Shown piece after piece: positions 40,753 through 49,333 of a DNA stretch of 64,000 bases (position 1 is the stretch's first letter; the number at the start of each line of letters is the position of its first letter). The notes beneath the pieces were generated by a model. That model worked only from the letters and a program-made list of their open reading frames with translations. It was not told the origin of the DNA and did not search any database. Position numbers and translations under genes: made by a program. The DNA is from Planctomycetota bacterium (GTDB lineage: Bacteria > Planctomycetota > UBA8108 > SXIK01): NCBI GenBank assembly GCA_965223265.1, contig OZ244999.1, forward strand, positions 6,784,001-6,848,000, given 5' to 3'.

Positions 40753-41023
40753 CCAACGCCACGAAACGAAGGGTAAGCCAAGGCGCGGAGCGCGTCGTCA
40801 GCGCACCTTGTGCCGCACGGGCACGCGGCGCGCTCGCGCTCGCGCCCGCGTCGGCACCCTCGACGCGCCCGAACTCGCAACAGGAGAGCGGATTTCGCCG
40901 ACATTCTTTCACAGTCTGTGGCGTCCAGCACCGTGGGGTGTCCCCCCCACTAGTTTCCCCTTTCCCAGCTCACCATGTCGCTTATAATTCAAGGTCTGCC
41001 ATCGTTTCGACAGAGTCAGGATA

Positions 41024-42076
41024 ATGAGTCAAGCTGCCAAAGAAACAATGCGCCGTGCCGTGCCGGATTGGGAGACGCTGACGTTCTCGCTCACCGAGAC
41101 GGACTATATGTACCGTTCACTTGGTGATCTCGAGCGCGCGCCAGTGTGGGATGACGGCGAATTCGTTCCGTTCGGCGACATCACCCTGAGCCCGGCGGCC
41201 GCGTTCATGTCGTACGGCATGGGTGTCTTCGAGGGTCTCAAGGCGCAGCGCTGCGACGATGGACGCGTCCTCCTGTTTCGACCGCAGAAAAACGGCGAGC
41301 GCATGCAAAACTCAGCCGAGCGTTTGAGCATGCCACCGTTTCCGGTCGAGCAATTCGTCGACGCCGTCGTTGAGGTGACGCGGCGCAACTTGCGATTCGT
41401 GCCTCCCGCTGACAAAGGCTCCCTGTACCTCCGCCCGATGCAGCACGCGATCGAGCCGAAGCTCGGGCTGGGGCCGTGCAGACTGTTCAGTGTTCTCATT
41501 TTCGCCAGCCCTGTCGGCTCCTATTTCACCGGTGGCGCCGAGTCTGGCGTCCGCCTTCGCGTACTCGAGCAGGGACGCGTCGCACCCGGCGGCACTGGGG
41601 CCTCTAAGGCGATGGGTAACTACGCAGGCGCGATCTGGGTGGCTTCGCAGTGGAAGGAGCAGGGATTCGATGACGTCATGTACTTGGACTCCCGACACGT
41701 CTCCTACGCCACTGAAACCAGCGGCTCGAACATCTTCTTGAAACGTAAAGACGGCGTCATCGTGACCCCTGCGCTCAACGACCAGATTCTTCCCGGCGTG
41801 ACGCGCGATTCCACGGTTCAGGCGGCTCGCGACATTCTCGGAATCGACGTCGAAGAACGCCCCCTGACGATCGACGAGATCATCGCCGACGGAGAAGAGC
41901 TTTTTTGCACGGGAACTGCCTGGACGATTCAAAGCGTGCGTGAAATCGTCTACCGCGACCAAGCGGTCGCCTTCCAGCAAAATCAGACCTGTAAGGCTCT
42001 GCTCGAGATTCTCCGAGGAATTCAAACGGGGACCCGAGAAGACCCCTTCGGCTGGGCTGTCGAGGTCACGGAGTAG
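41024..42076 (+). CDS. ilvE: Branched-chain amino acid aminotransferase
   Basis: YGMGVFEGLKA, LFRP, LYLRP, KAMGNY (PLP lysine), ETSGSNIF, ILPGVTR, TGTA; TATAAT at 40983. Confidence 0.95.
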   Translation: MSQAAKETMRRAVPDWETLTFSLTETDYMYRSLGDLERAPVWDDGEFVPFGDITLSPAAAFMSYGMGVFEGLKAQRCDDGRVLLFRPQKNGERMQNSAERLSMPPFPVEQFVDAVVEVTRRNLRFVPPADKGSLYLRPMQHAIEPKLGLGPCRLFSVLIFASPVGSYFTGGAESGVRLRVLEQGRVAPGGTGASKAMGNYAGAIWVASQWKEQGFDDVMYLDSRHVSYATETSGSNIFLKRKDGVIVTPALNDQILPGVTRDSTVQAARDILGIDVEERPLTIDEIIADGEELFCTGTAWTIQSVREIVYRDQAVAFQQNQTCKALLEILRGIQTGTREDPFGWAVEVTE

Positions 42077-42181
42077 CGACAGCCGACGGCGGCTCTCCTC
42101 GTAGCTCGACTCAAGAACGCCGATCCAGGCCAACCAAGTCGAAACATCTTCTCTTTAGCCGGTTGAAACGCCATCCCACCC

Positions 42182-44209
42182 ATGGACAAACTCGAAAGAC
42201 TCCGTCGCGAAATCAACACGACGGACGCCACCATTCTCCAGATGCTCGCGAAACGTCGAGAGCTGTCGCGGCAAGTCATCGAAGACAAAGCGATCAGCGG
42301 TCGCCCGCTTCGTGACGAGAAGCGCGAGGAGGAGCTACTCGCCCGACTGATCGCCGAGGGCCGCGACCTCGGGTTGGACGCGCACCATGTCACCCGTATC
42401 TTCCATGAAGTCATCGACGACAGCGTTCGCTGCCAGCAACTCTATCTTCTGGAGGGCTCTCAACCTCAGACCGACGAAAAGAAGGTCGCGTATCAAGGCA
42501 TTGCGGGTGCCTATAGCCACCTCGCAGCACAGAAGTTCTTCGCGCGGGAGAAGACATCGCCGGTCTACGTTGGCTACCCGACCTTCCAAGAAGTCGTCAC
42601 CGCCGTCGAGACGGGCGAGACCGACTTCGCCTTGCTGCCCATCGAAAACACGACGGCAGGAAGCATCAATGAAGTCTATGATCTGCTCTCGAGCGCCGAT
42701 CTGCACATTCTCGGCGAAGAGATCTTCCCGGTAGAGCACTGTCTGCTGGCTATCGAGGATGTTCCCCTGTCGAAGATCCGCCGGATCTTGTCGCATCCTC
42801 AGGGGCTCGCACAGTGCGTTCGGTTCCTGTCAACGCTCGAGAACTGCCAACGGGAGTACTACGCCGACACGGCCATGGCAGTCCGGAAAGTGAAGGAGGA
42901 CAACGACCTCTCGCAGGCTGCGATCGCCAGCGAGGAAGCCGGACGTCTGTACGGTCTCAAGGTTCTCAAGCGCCACCTCGCCGATCAGCCCAACAACTAC
43001 ACGCGGTTTCTCGTCGTCTCGACCACCAACCATACCGTCGACACCCGCATTCCCTGCAAGACGAGCTTGGTACTGGCGACGCGAGACGAAGAAGGTGCGC
43101 TGCTGCGCTCTCTGACGCTCCTGCACGAACATCGCTTGAATCTGACGAAGCTGGAGAGCCGACCACGCCCCGGCTATCCGTTTCAGTATCTTTTCTACCT
43201 CGACTTTGTCGGCAATCTCAGCGACCCAAACGTCGCGGCAGCCGTCGACCGATTGCGAGACGTCACCGCGTTTCTCAAGATCCTCGGTAGTTATCCCATC
43301 GAGCAGCGCCGACGTACGGCCCCTCGTCTCGAGGACATCGTGCCGCCATCGAAACCGCAGGTGACGCAGGCTCACAATTCGGCAGAGGGGCAGGCGACGC
43401 CGGAAACCGAGCCGACAGCGCTGCAGCCTCCGCGCCGGCTCGCCGAGCGTGGTGCGAGGTCGACGGATACCGCCGTCGGTATCGGCGAGACGATTTTCGG
43501 CGGCGATGAATTCGCCGTCATCGGCGGCCCGCGACACATCAAATCGCAAGAGAAGATCCTGACGCAAGCGCGCGAGCTCCGAGAAGCGGGCGGCAAGGTC
43601 TTCCTGGCGCAAAAATACATCGCAGATGCAGGTCCGGGGACCCGTTCGGAACTCAGCTCCGAGATCCTCGAACAAGTCGTTGAGGCGTGCAGTCAGTACG
43701 ACGTCGCCGTCGTCGCGGATATCTCTTCACCGGCAAGGGTGCAGGCCGTGGCGCGCGCCGTCGACGCGCTGCTCGTAGCTGGCCACAACATGCAGAATGC
43801 AGAACTGCTGCGTGCCGCCGGCAAATCGAGTCGTCCGGTGATTCTACAGCGGAGAGTGACCGCGACGGTGGATGAGCTTTTGAGTGCCGCCGAGGCGATT
43901 CTGGCGCAGGGCAATCACCAGATCATTCTGTGCGAGTGCGGCCGGCGTGTGTACGATTCCGCGGGTCATGGAGTGACCGTCGATCTGGCGTCGATTCCAA
44001 GCCTTCGCGCCCGGACGCACCTTCCCGTCGTCATCGATCCTCGCGGCGTGATTGATCGATCCCACCTCCACGCCATCGCCGAAGCGGGGCGTTTGGTGGG
44101 AGCACACGGCATCCTCCTCGCCGTCGATTCCGACGGCAACGACGACGCGATCGACCTCGGCGCGTTCACGAACATTGTTCGCACGCTCTACCTTGGCGCC
44201 GGCAAATGA
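42182..44209 (+). CDS. pheA: Chorismate mutase / prephenate dehydratase (with ACT domain) fused to a degenerate type I-beta DAHP synthase domain
   Basis: AroQ domain (LERLRREINTTD..R..K..RDEKRE), PDT (AYQGIAGAYS, PIENTTAGS, SHPQ, NYTRF), ACT (NLTKLESRP, FYLD), then a DAHPS-like barrel (IGGP, NMQN, ILCE, THLPVVIDP). Confidence 0.9.
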   Translation: MDKLERLRREINTTDATILQMLAKRRELSRQVIEDKAISGRPLRDEKREEELLARLIAEGRDLGLDAHHVTRIFHEVIDDSVRCQQLYLLEGSQPQTDEKKVAYQGIAGAYSHLAAQKFFAREKTSPVYVGYPTFQEVVTAVETGETDFALLPIENTTAGSINEVYDLLSSADLHILGEEIFPVEHCLLAIEDVPLSKIRRILSHPQGLAQCVRFLSTLENCQREYYADTAMAVRKVKEDNDLSQAAIASEEAGRLYGLKVLKRHLADQPNNYTRFLVVSTTNHTVDTRIPCKTSLVLATRDEEGALLRSLTLLHEHRLNLTKLESRPRPGYPFQYLFYLDFVGNLSDPNVAAAVDRLRDVTAFLKILGSYPIEQRRRTAPRLEDIVPPSKPQVTQAHNSAEGQATPETEPTALQPPRRLAERGARSTDTAVGIGETIFGGDEFAVIGGPRHIKSQEKILTQARELREAGGKVFLAQKYIADAGPGTRSELSSEILEQVVEACSQYDVAVVADISSPARVQAVARAVDALLVAGHNMQNAELLRAAGKSSRPVILQRRVTATVDELLSAAEAILAQGNHQIILCECGRRVYDSAGHGVTVDLASIPSLRARTHLPVVIDPRGVIDRSHLHAIAEAGRLVGAHGILLAVDSDGNDDAIDLGAFTNIVRTLYLGAGK

Positions 44210-44327
44210 CGCCACCCGGTCGGGAGGTCGCTTCACGACAGCCGGGCCATCGAGACCGAATCGGGCCGCACGCCCCCCGGAGCGCTGTCCAAAAGGCGCT
44301 GTTCGAGCCTGCGGTTGAAAGTCTTCG

Positions 44328-44356
44328 TTGACACGTCGATGGCTGACTTCTAAACT
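44328..44356 (+). promoter_or_regulatory. Sigma70 promoter of the leader-leuA-cimA operon
   Basis: TTGACA-17 nt-TAAACT. Confidence 0.75.
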
Positions 44357-44483
44357 ACTCGAATTCGATGGAGCCGCGGTCAGGCCACCCTTTCCAGCGA
44401 GACGCTGGAAGATTCTAAGCGCGTTTCGAATGCACGCTGATCCCTCGGGTGGTGGCGACTGACGGCAGTAGGAAGTCTTCGAA

Positions 44484-44642
44484 ATGGCAACCACCGACCG
44501 ACAAGCTCACTTCTTCGAGCACGCCACTGACGACGCGGCGATCGCCCTGGCGGTTCGTCCGGCACTCGGCAGTCGTCTCCTCAGTCGTGAGGACAGCATC
44601 CTCGGTCTAGCCATTCTTCTTCCGGAGGTGGGAGGCCTCTAA
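44484..44642 (+). CDS. Attenuator leader peptide, 52 aa, ending in a Leu/Ile-rich tract (ILGLAILL)
   Basis: ATG 44484 with AGGAAG SD; codons ATC CTC GGT CTA GCC ATT CTT CTT just before the antiterminator arm; TAA at 44640-44642. Confidence 0.7.
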   Translation: MATTDRQAHFFEHATDDAAIALAVRPALGSRLLSREDSILGLAILLPEVGGL

Positions 44643-44667
44643 AGATCTCTTCGATCTTAGCCAGGCC

Positions 44668-44702
44668 ACCCGCCACCACACCGGTGAGCGGGTTTTTTTT
44701 TT
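44668..44702 (+). terminator. Attenuator terminator upstream of leuA
   Basis: ACCCGC-CACC / GGTG-A-GCGGGT stem followed by a T10 run; its 5' arm can instead pair with GGTGGGAGGCCT in the leader. Confidence 0.85.
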
Positions 44703-44871
44703 GTCTCATCGGTGAATGAAACGATGTTTCGACGTGGGCGCGTCCACCAAACGCTGACGCGCGATTCTACACACTGGATTCGAGGTAATCCGCCGGTTTG
44801 CCGAAGAACGTGTATTCGGGAGCCGCCGGAAGAACAGTTTTCTCCTGCGTTTTCTAACCAACGGTGAAGCC

Positions 44872-46434
44872 ATGAGGCGAATCAAGATTTTCGACACCAC
44901 CCTGCGTGACGGCGAACAATGTCCTGGCGGCAGTATGAACGTTGACGAGAAGCTCGTCATCGCTCGCCAGCTCGAGCGCCTCGGTGTCGACGTCATCGAA
45001 GCCGGTTTTCCGATCAGCTCGCAGGGAGACTTCGACAGCGTCCGCGTCATCGCGGAAAACATTACCGGCCCGACCATCTGCGGTCTGGCGCGGGCGCGGG
45101 ACGATGACATCGACGCAGCCGGGCGGGCGCTAGAGCCATGCCGCAACAAGCGTGTTCACGTTTTTATCGCGACGTCGCAGCTGCACATGGACAAAAAGCT
45201 CAAGATGTCCCAGGAGCAGGTGATCGAAGCGGCTGTGCGAGGTGTTCGGCGCGCGCGGAACTATACAGACGACGTGGAGTTTTCGCCGGAAGACTGCTCG
45301 CGCACCGACATCCAGTTCATGTGTCAAATCATCGAAGCGGCGATCGACGCCGGCGCCACGACGATCAATATCCCTGACACCGTCGGCTACGCGATTCCAC
45401 AAGAGATCGGCGAGCGCATCACTCATGTCCGTCAGGCGGTGCCAAACATCGACAAGGTGACCCTCAGTATCCATTGTCACAATGATCTGGGGCTGGCTGT
45501 GGCCAACTCCATGGCTGCCGTCGAAGCGGGATGCGATCAGGTCGAGTGCACGATCAACGGCATCGGCGAGCGGGCCGGCAACGCGTCGCTGGAGGAAGTC
45601 GTGATGGCGCTCCGACTGCGCAGCGACGCGGTCGGTGCCGATACGGACGTCAACACCAAAGAGATTTGGAGCACGAGTCGCCTCGTTTCAAGCTTGACGG
45701 GACTCGACGTACAGAGAAACAAGGCGATCGTCGGTGAGAACGCCTTTGCCCACGAGGCTGGCATCCACCAACACGGTGTCATCGCGGACCGACGCACCTA
45801 CGAGATTCTTCGTGCCGAAGACGTCGGGTGGAACGGCCAGCAGCTGGTCATCGGCAAACACTCGGGCGTTCACGCAGTCGAAGAAGTTCTCAAATCGAGA
45901 GGCTTCGCCCTCGACCAAGCGCAGCTGCGCGAAGTCGTCGCCCGCGTCAAGAACGCCGCGGACAAGGACAAACGTGTAGAGGATGAAGACGTCCTGGCTT
46001 TCGCCAGCGAGGTTCTCGACGATCAATCCACAGACAAGCCGATCGTCGAGCTGCGCGAGCTCTCGGTGATGACCGGAAACAGCTTCACAGCCAGCGCCAC
46101 GATCAAGCTGACAATCAATGACCACGAGACCATCGGTACCGGGACTGGAGTCGGCCCGGTCGATGCAGCCGCCCACGCGCTCGCCTCGATCCTGCGCACC
46201 AATCTCGGTAGCAAGCTGCGACTGCAGGAGTACGGCCTCAAGGCGATCACTGGCGGCACGGACGCGCTGGCGCATGCACACATTCGTCTCAGCGACGACA
46301 AAGGCGGCTCGTTTCGCGGTGAGGCGATCGATGGGGACGTGATTCTCGCCTCGGTGTATGCGATGGTGAAGGGAGCCAATCGAGCCCTCAACGCCCACAG
46401 AAAAGCAACATCGCCAGGCGCCTCTGCCACCTGA
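44872..46434 (+). CDS. leuA: 2-isopropylmalate synthase
   Basis: DTTLRDGEQ, EAGFP, PDTVG, HCHNDLG, GIGERAGN, AHEAGIHQHG, GKHSG, regulatory-domain GPVDA. Confidence 0.92.
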   Translation: MRRIKIFDTTLRDGEQCPGGSMNVDEKLVIARQLERLGVDVIEAGFPISSQGDFDSVRVIAENITGPTICGLARARDDDIDAAGRALEPCRNKRVHVFIATSQLHMDKKLKMSQEQVIEAAVRGVRRARNYTDDVEFSPEDCSRTDIQFMCQIIEAAIDAGATTINIPDTVGYAIPQEIGERITHVRQAVPNIDKVTLSIHCHNDLGLAVANSMAAVEAGCDQVECTINGIGERAGNASLEEVVMALRLRSDAVGADTDVNTKEIWSTSRLVSSLTGLDVQRNKAIVGENAFAHEAGIHQHGVIADRRTYEILRAEDVGWNGQQLVIGKHSGVHAVEEVLKSRGFALDQAQLREVVARVKNAADKDKRVEDEDVLAFASEVLDDQSTDKPIVELRELSVMTGNSFTASATIKLTINDHETIGTGTGVGPVDAAAHALASILRTNLGSKLRLQEYGLKAITGGTDALAHAHIRLSDDKGGSFRGEAIDGDVILASVYAMVKGANRALNAHRKATSPGASAT

Positions 46435-46476
46435 AGAGTCTCCATCCGCCAACGAAGCTCAACACCGACAGCACGC

Positions 46477-48117
46477 ATGCCCCAAAAAATCGAAACCTAC
46501 GACACCACGCTACGGGACGGCTCACAAGGTGAGGGCGTTTCGTTTTCGCAAGTCGACAAGATCAACGTACTGAAATGTCTCGACGACTTCGGGATCGATT
46601 ACGTCGAGGGCGGCTGGCCGGGCTCAAATCCTAAGGACATCGACTTCTTCGTCGCCGCCAAGGACGTGCCGCTTGCCCACACACGGCTGGCCGCGTTCGG
46701 CAGCACTCGACGCGCCGATCGTGCGGTCGAAGACGACGCCAACCTCGCCGCGTTGATTGAGGTCGAGACGCCGGTAGTGACGATTTTCGGCAAGTCGTGG
46801 AAGCTTCACGTCACTGAGGTGTTTCGCACCACGATCGCAGAAAACCTGAAGATGATCGAAGATTCCGTACGCTACCTGCGCGCGCACGATCGAACTGTAC
46901 TGTACGATGCAGAACACTTCTTCGACGGATTCAAGGACGATCCAAGCTACGCCATCGAGACGCTGCGCGCAGCGCTACGTGGCGGCGCGGAATGTCTGAT
47001 CCTCTGCGACACCAACGGCGGCACTCTGCCGACGGAACTCGGTGACGTTGTGCGGAAAGTCATCGCGACGCTGCCGGAAGCGACCATCGGGATTCATCCG
47101 CACAACGACTCCGGCGTTGCCGTTGCCAACGCGCTGCATGCCGTGGAAGAAGGCGCCGTGCATGTACAAGGCACCTTCAACGGCATCGGCGAGCGCTGCG
47201 GTAACGCGGATCTCACTGCCATCATTCCGAACCTCATTCTAAAGCTCGGAAAGCAGCTGAGCGTATCGCGCGACCAATTGAAACGGCTGTCGCACACAGC
47301 CCGTTACGTCCACGCCTCAGCCAACTTGATCTATCCAGAGAACCAGCCCTACATCGGTCAAATGGCGTTCGCTCACAAAGGCGGAGTACATGTTAACTCC
47401 GTCATGAAAGTGCCGCATTCCTATGAACACGTCGAACCCGAGCTAGTTGGCAATCACCGCCGTGTGCTGATCTCCGAACTCTCTGGAAAGTCGAACGCGC
47501 AGCACCTCGCAGCCGCACAAGGAATCGACACGTCTGAACATCCCAAAGCGGCTCAGCAGGCGGTAGCGGAGATCAAGCAACTTGAAAACGAAGGCCACGT
47601 CTTCGAATCGGCAGAGGCGTCTGCGACGCTGATCATGCTCCGGCACATGGGCAAGGTGCCGCAGCTTTTCGAGCTCGTCCGCTATCGAACAGCGGTCGAG
47701 CATCGGCCCAACGGTGGAACGTTCACCGAGGCAACCGTCAAGATTCGCGTCCAGGAGGACGAACACCTCGCGGTAGGTGAAGGCGTCGGCCCTGTCGACG
47801 CACTCGACGCGGCCCTGCGCAAAGCGATTCACGCTTTCTATCCGGAAATCGATGCCATCGTGCTGCAAGATTATCGTGTTCGCATCATCAACGCGCAGGA
47901 GGCGACACACGCGAAGGTGTGCGTGACGATCCAGTCGATCGACAAGCGCGACGACGTTGTCTTCGGAACTGTCGGCGCCGACGAAAACATCATGGAAGCG
48001 TCGTGGTCCGCTCTTCGCGACAGTATCGTCTTCGGGTTACTCCGCCAGCAGCTCAAGCTCGACACGACCTCGACGCGTGAAGCGCGCCCCAACCCTGGTA
48101 TCTCGAGCGCTGTCTAA
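46477..48117 (+). CDS. cimA: (R)-citramalate synthase
   Basis: DTTLRDGSQGEG, EGGWPGSNPKD, GKSW..HV, YDAEHFFDG, LCDTNGG, AFAHKGGVH, SELSGKSN. Confidence 0.93.
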   Translation: MPQKIETYDTTLRDGSQGEGVSFSQVDKINVLKCLDDFGIDYVEGGWPGSNPKDIDFFVAAKDVPLAHTRLAAFGSTRRADRAVEDDANLAALIEVETPVVTIFGKSWKLHVTEVFRTTIAENLKMIEDSVRYLRAHDRTVLYDAEHFFDGFKDDPSYAIETLRAALRGGAECLILCDTNGGTLPTELGDVVRKVIATLPEATIGIHPHNDSGVAVANALHAVEEGAVHVQGTFNGIGERCGNADLTAIIPNLILKLGKQLSVSRDQLKRLSHTARYVHASANLIYPENQPYIGQMAFAHKGGVHVNSVMKVPHSYEHVEPELVGNHRRVLISELSGKSNAQHLAAAQGIDTSEHPKAAQQAVAEIKQLENEGHVFESAEASATLIMLRHMGKVPQLFELVRYRTAVEHRPNGGTFTEATVKIRVQEDEHLAVGEGVGPVDALDAALRKAIHAFYPEIDAIVLQDYRVRIINAQEATHAKVCVTIQSIDKRDDVVFGTVGADENIMEASWSALRDSIVFGLLRQQLKLDTTSTREARPNPGISSAV

Positions 48118-48228
48118 TCGTCCGCATCAGACGATGGATCCGGCGGCAGCCGTCTCGCGACCCTTGGAGGCGCGCAGCGGCTCGAGCCGAGGCTTGCGCT
48201 CCGGGCTCGCCTCACGGATGATTCGGGC

Positions 48229-48972
48229 ATGGACGCCGCCCCGCATTCGCCCGAGCTGCGCATCTCCGCTGTCGTTCCAACCTGGAACGAAGCCGAGAAT
48301 GTCGCTCGGTCCCTGACGAGCCTGCGTCGCGCCGGGATCGACGAGATCGTCGTCGTTGACGGCCACAGCACCGACGACACGGTCACGGTCGCGACGCCGC
48401 TGGCCGACCGCGTGCTCCTCAGCAGTTTGAACCTATTCACGCAGCTCAATCGCGGCGCCGCGGCCGCGAGCGGCGACGTATTGCTCTTCCACTACGCAGA
48501 TGGCGACTTCCCCCCGGGCGGACGCACTGCAATCCTGCGCACTCTCGCTCGCGGCGACGCGGTCCGCGATGGTCGTCACGACGTCGTTGGCGGTGCCTTT
48601 CGGCTCAGCTTCCGATCGCGGCACGCGTTCTACCGCTTCATCGCCGTGACCGCCAACGCGCGCAACCGACTCCGGCTCGGCCCGTTCGGCGACCAGTCGA
48701 TTTTCGTGCGTCGACAAACTTTCGAAGTCGTCTCTGGGTTTTCGGTCGACCGCTACCTGCCCGATCTACAGTTCGTACAGGCGCTCAGGCGTCTCGGCCA
48801 CTTCGCACTCTTGGAGGACCCTGTCGTGACGTCGGACCGTCGCTGGGAGAGCCGCGGGCGTACGCGCACCCTCTTCAACCACTGGTGGCTGACCGGCCTC
48901 TACGTCCTCGGCAAGCGCCGCGCTGGCAGCCGCGCCGAGAAGAAGTCGTCGCGGCTGCGCACCGTCCGCTAA
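48229..48972 (+). CDS. Family 2 glycosyltransferase (TIGR04283-like)
   Basis: VVPTWNEA, VVVDGHSTD, QLNRGAAAASGDVLLF, FGDQSIF, TSDRRW. Confidence 0.87.
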   Translation: MDAAPHSPELRISAVVPTWNEAENVARSLTSLRRAGIDEIVVVDGHSTDDTVTVATPLADRVLLSSLNLFTQLNRGAAAASGDVLLFHYADGDFPPGGRTAILRTLARGDAVRDGRHDVVGGAFRLSFRSRHAFYRFIAVTANARNRLRLGPFGDQSIFVRRQTFEVVSGFSVDRYLPDLQFVQALRRLGHFALLEDPVVTSDRRWESRGRTRTLFNHWWLTGLYVLGKRRAGSRAEKKSSRLRTVR

Positions 48973-49074
48973 CAGCCCGCTTGAAGAAGTGCTTCGAGCC
49001 GAAAACCGGTCTCTTCGCGTCCAGATCGGCCGCGGCAAACGCTTTTCGGCCGAATGACTTTTTCAGGCGGGCTG
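48973..49074. mobile_element. MITE family B, short variant (102 bp)
   Basis: TIRs CAGCCCGCTTGAAGAAGT / ACTTTTTCAGGCGGGCTG; CTAA duplication at 48969-48972 and 49075-49078. Confidence 0.85.
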
Positions 49075-49204
49075 CTAACTGCGCGTTCGGTCCGCTCCGT
49101 CTCGAGTCTGGGGATAGCCGGAGCGCGGCAAAGCCACAGAGTGACGCGATCGAAGCGGGAATTCGTTCCGAACCCCACCGGCGGCGCGGTACACTCCTGT
49201 TGGT

Positions 49205-49223
49205 GTGTATGAATTTCACTCAC
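49205..49223. promoter_or_regulatory. 19-bp palindrome upstream of the kinase gene (candidate operator)
   Basis: GTGTATGAATTTCACTCAC = GTG-nn-TGAAwTTCA-nn-CAC; near-identical site at 54830. Confidence 0.55.
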
Positions 49224-49333
49224 CTCATGAGCCGATAGAGATTCCTAAGAGACTTCCTCGCCACGAGTTCTGGCTACGCCAGTTTCCAGTGCACAAGAGG
49301 AACACGGCGCCCCGCCACGGCGAAAGCTGAGAG

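Noticed and set aside
40331-40987. 218-aa ORF, and similar ORFs at 52903-53385, 53015-53431 and 48875-49219
   Set aside because: These are translations of the MITE sequences and have no transposase motifs.
49270-49290. Sigma54-like element TGGCTACG...TTTCC upstream of the kinase
   Set aside because: The GG-N10-GC spacing is not met.
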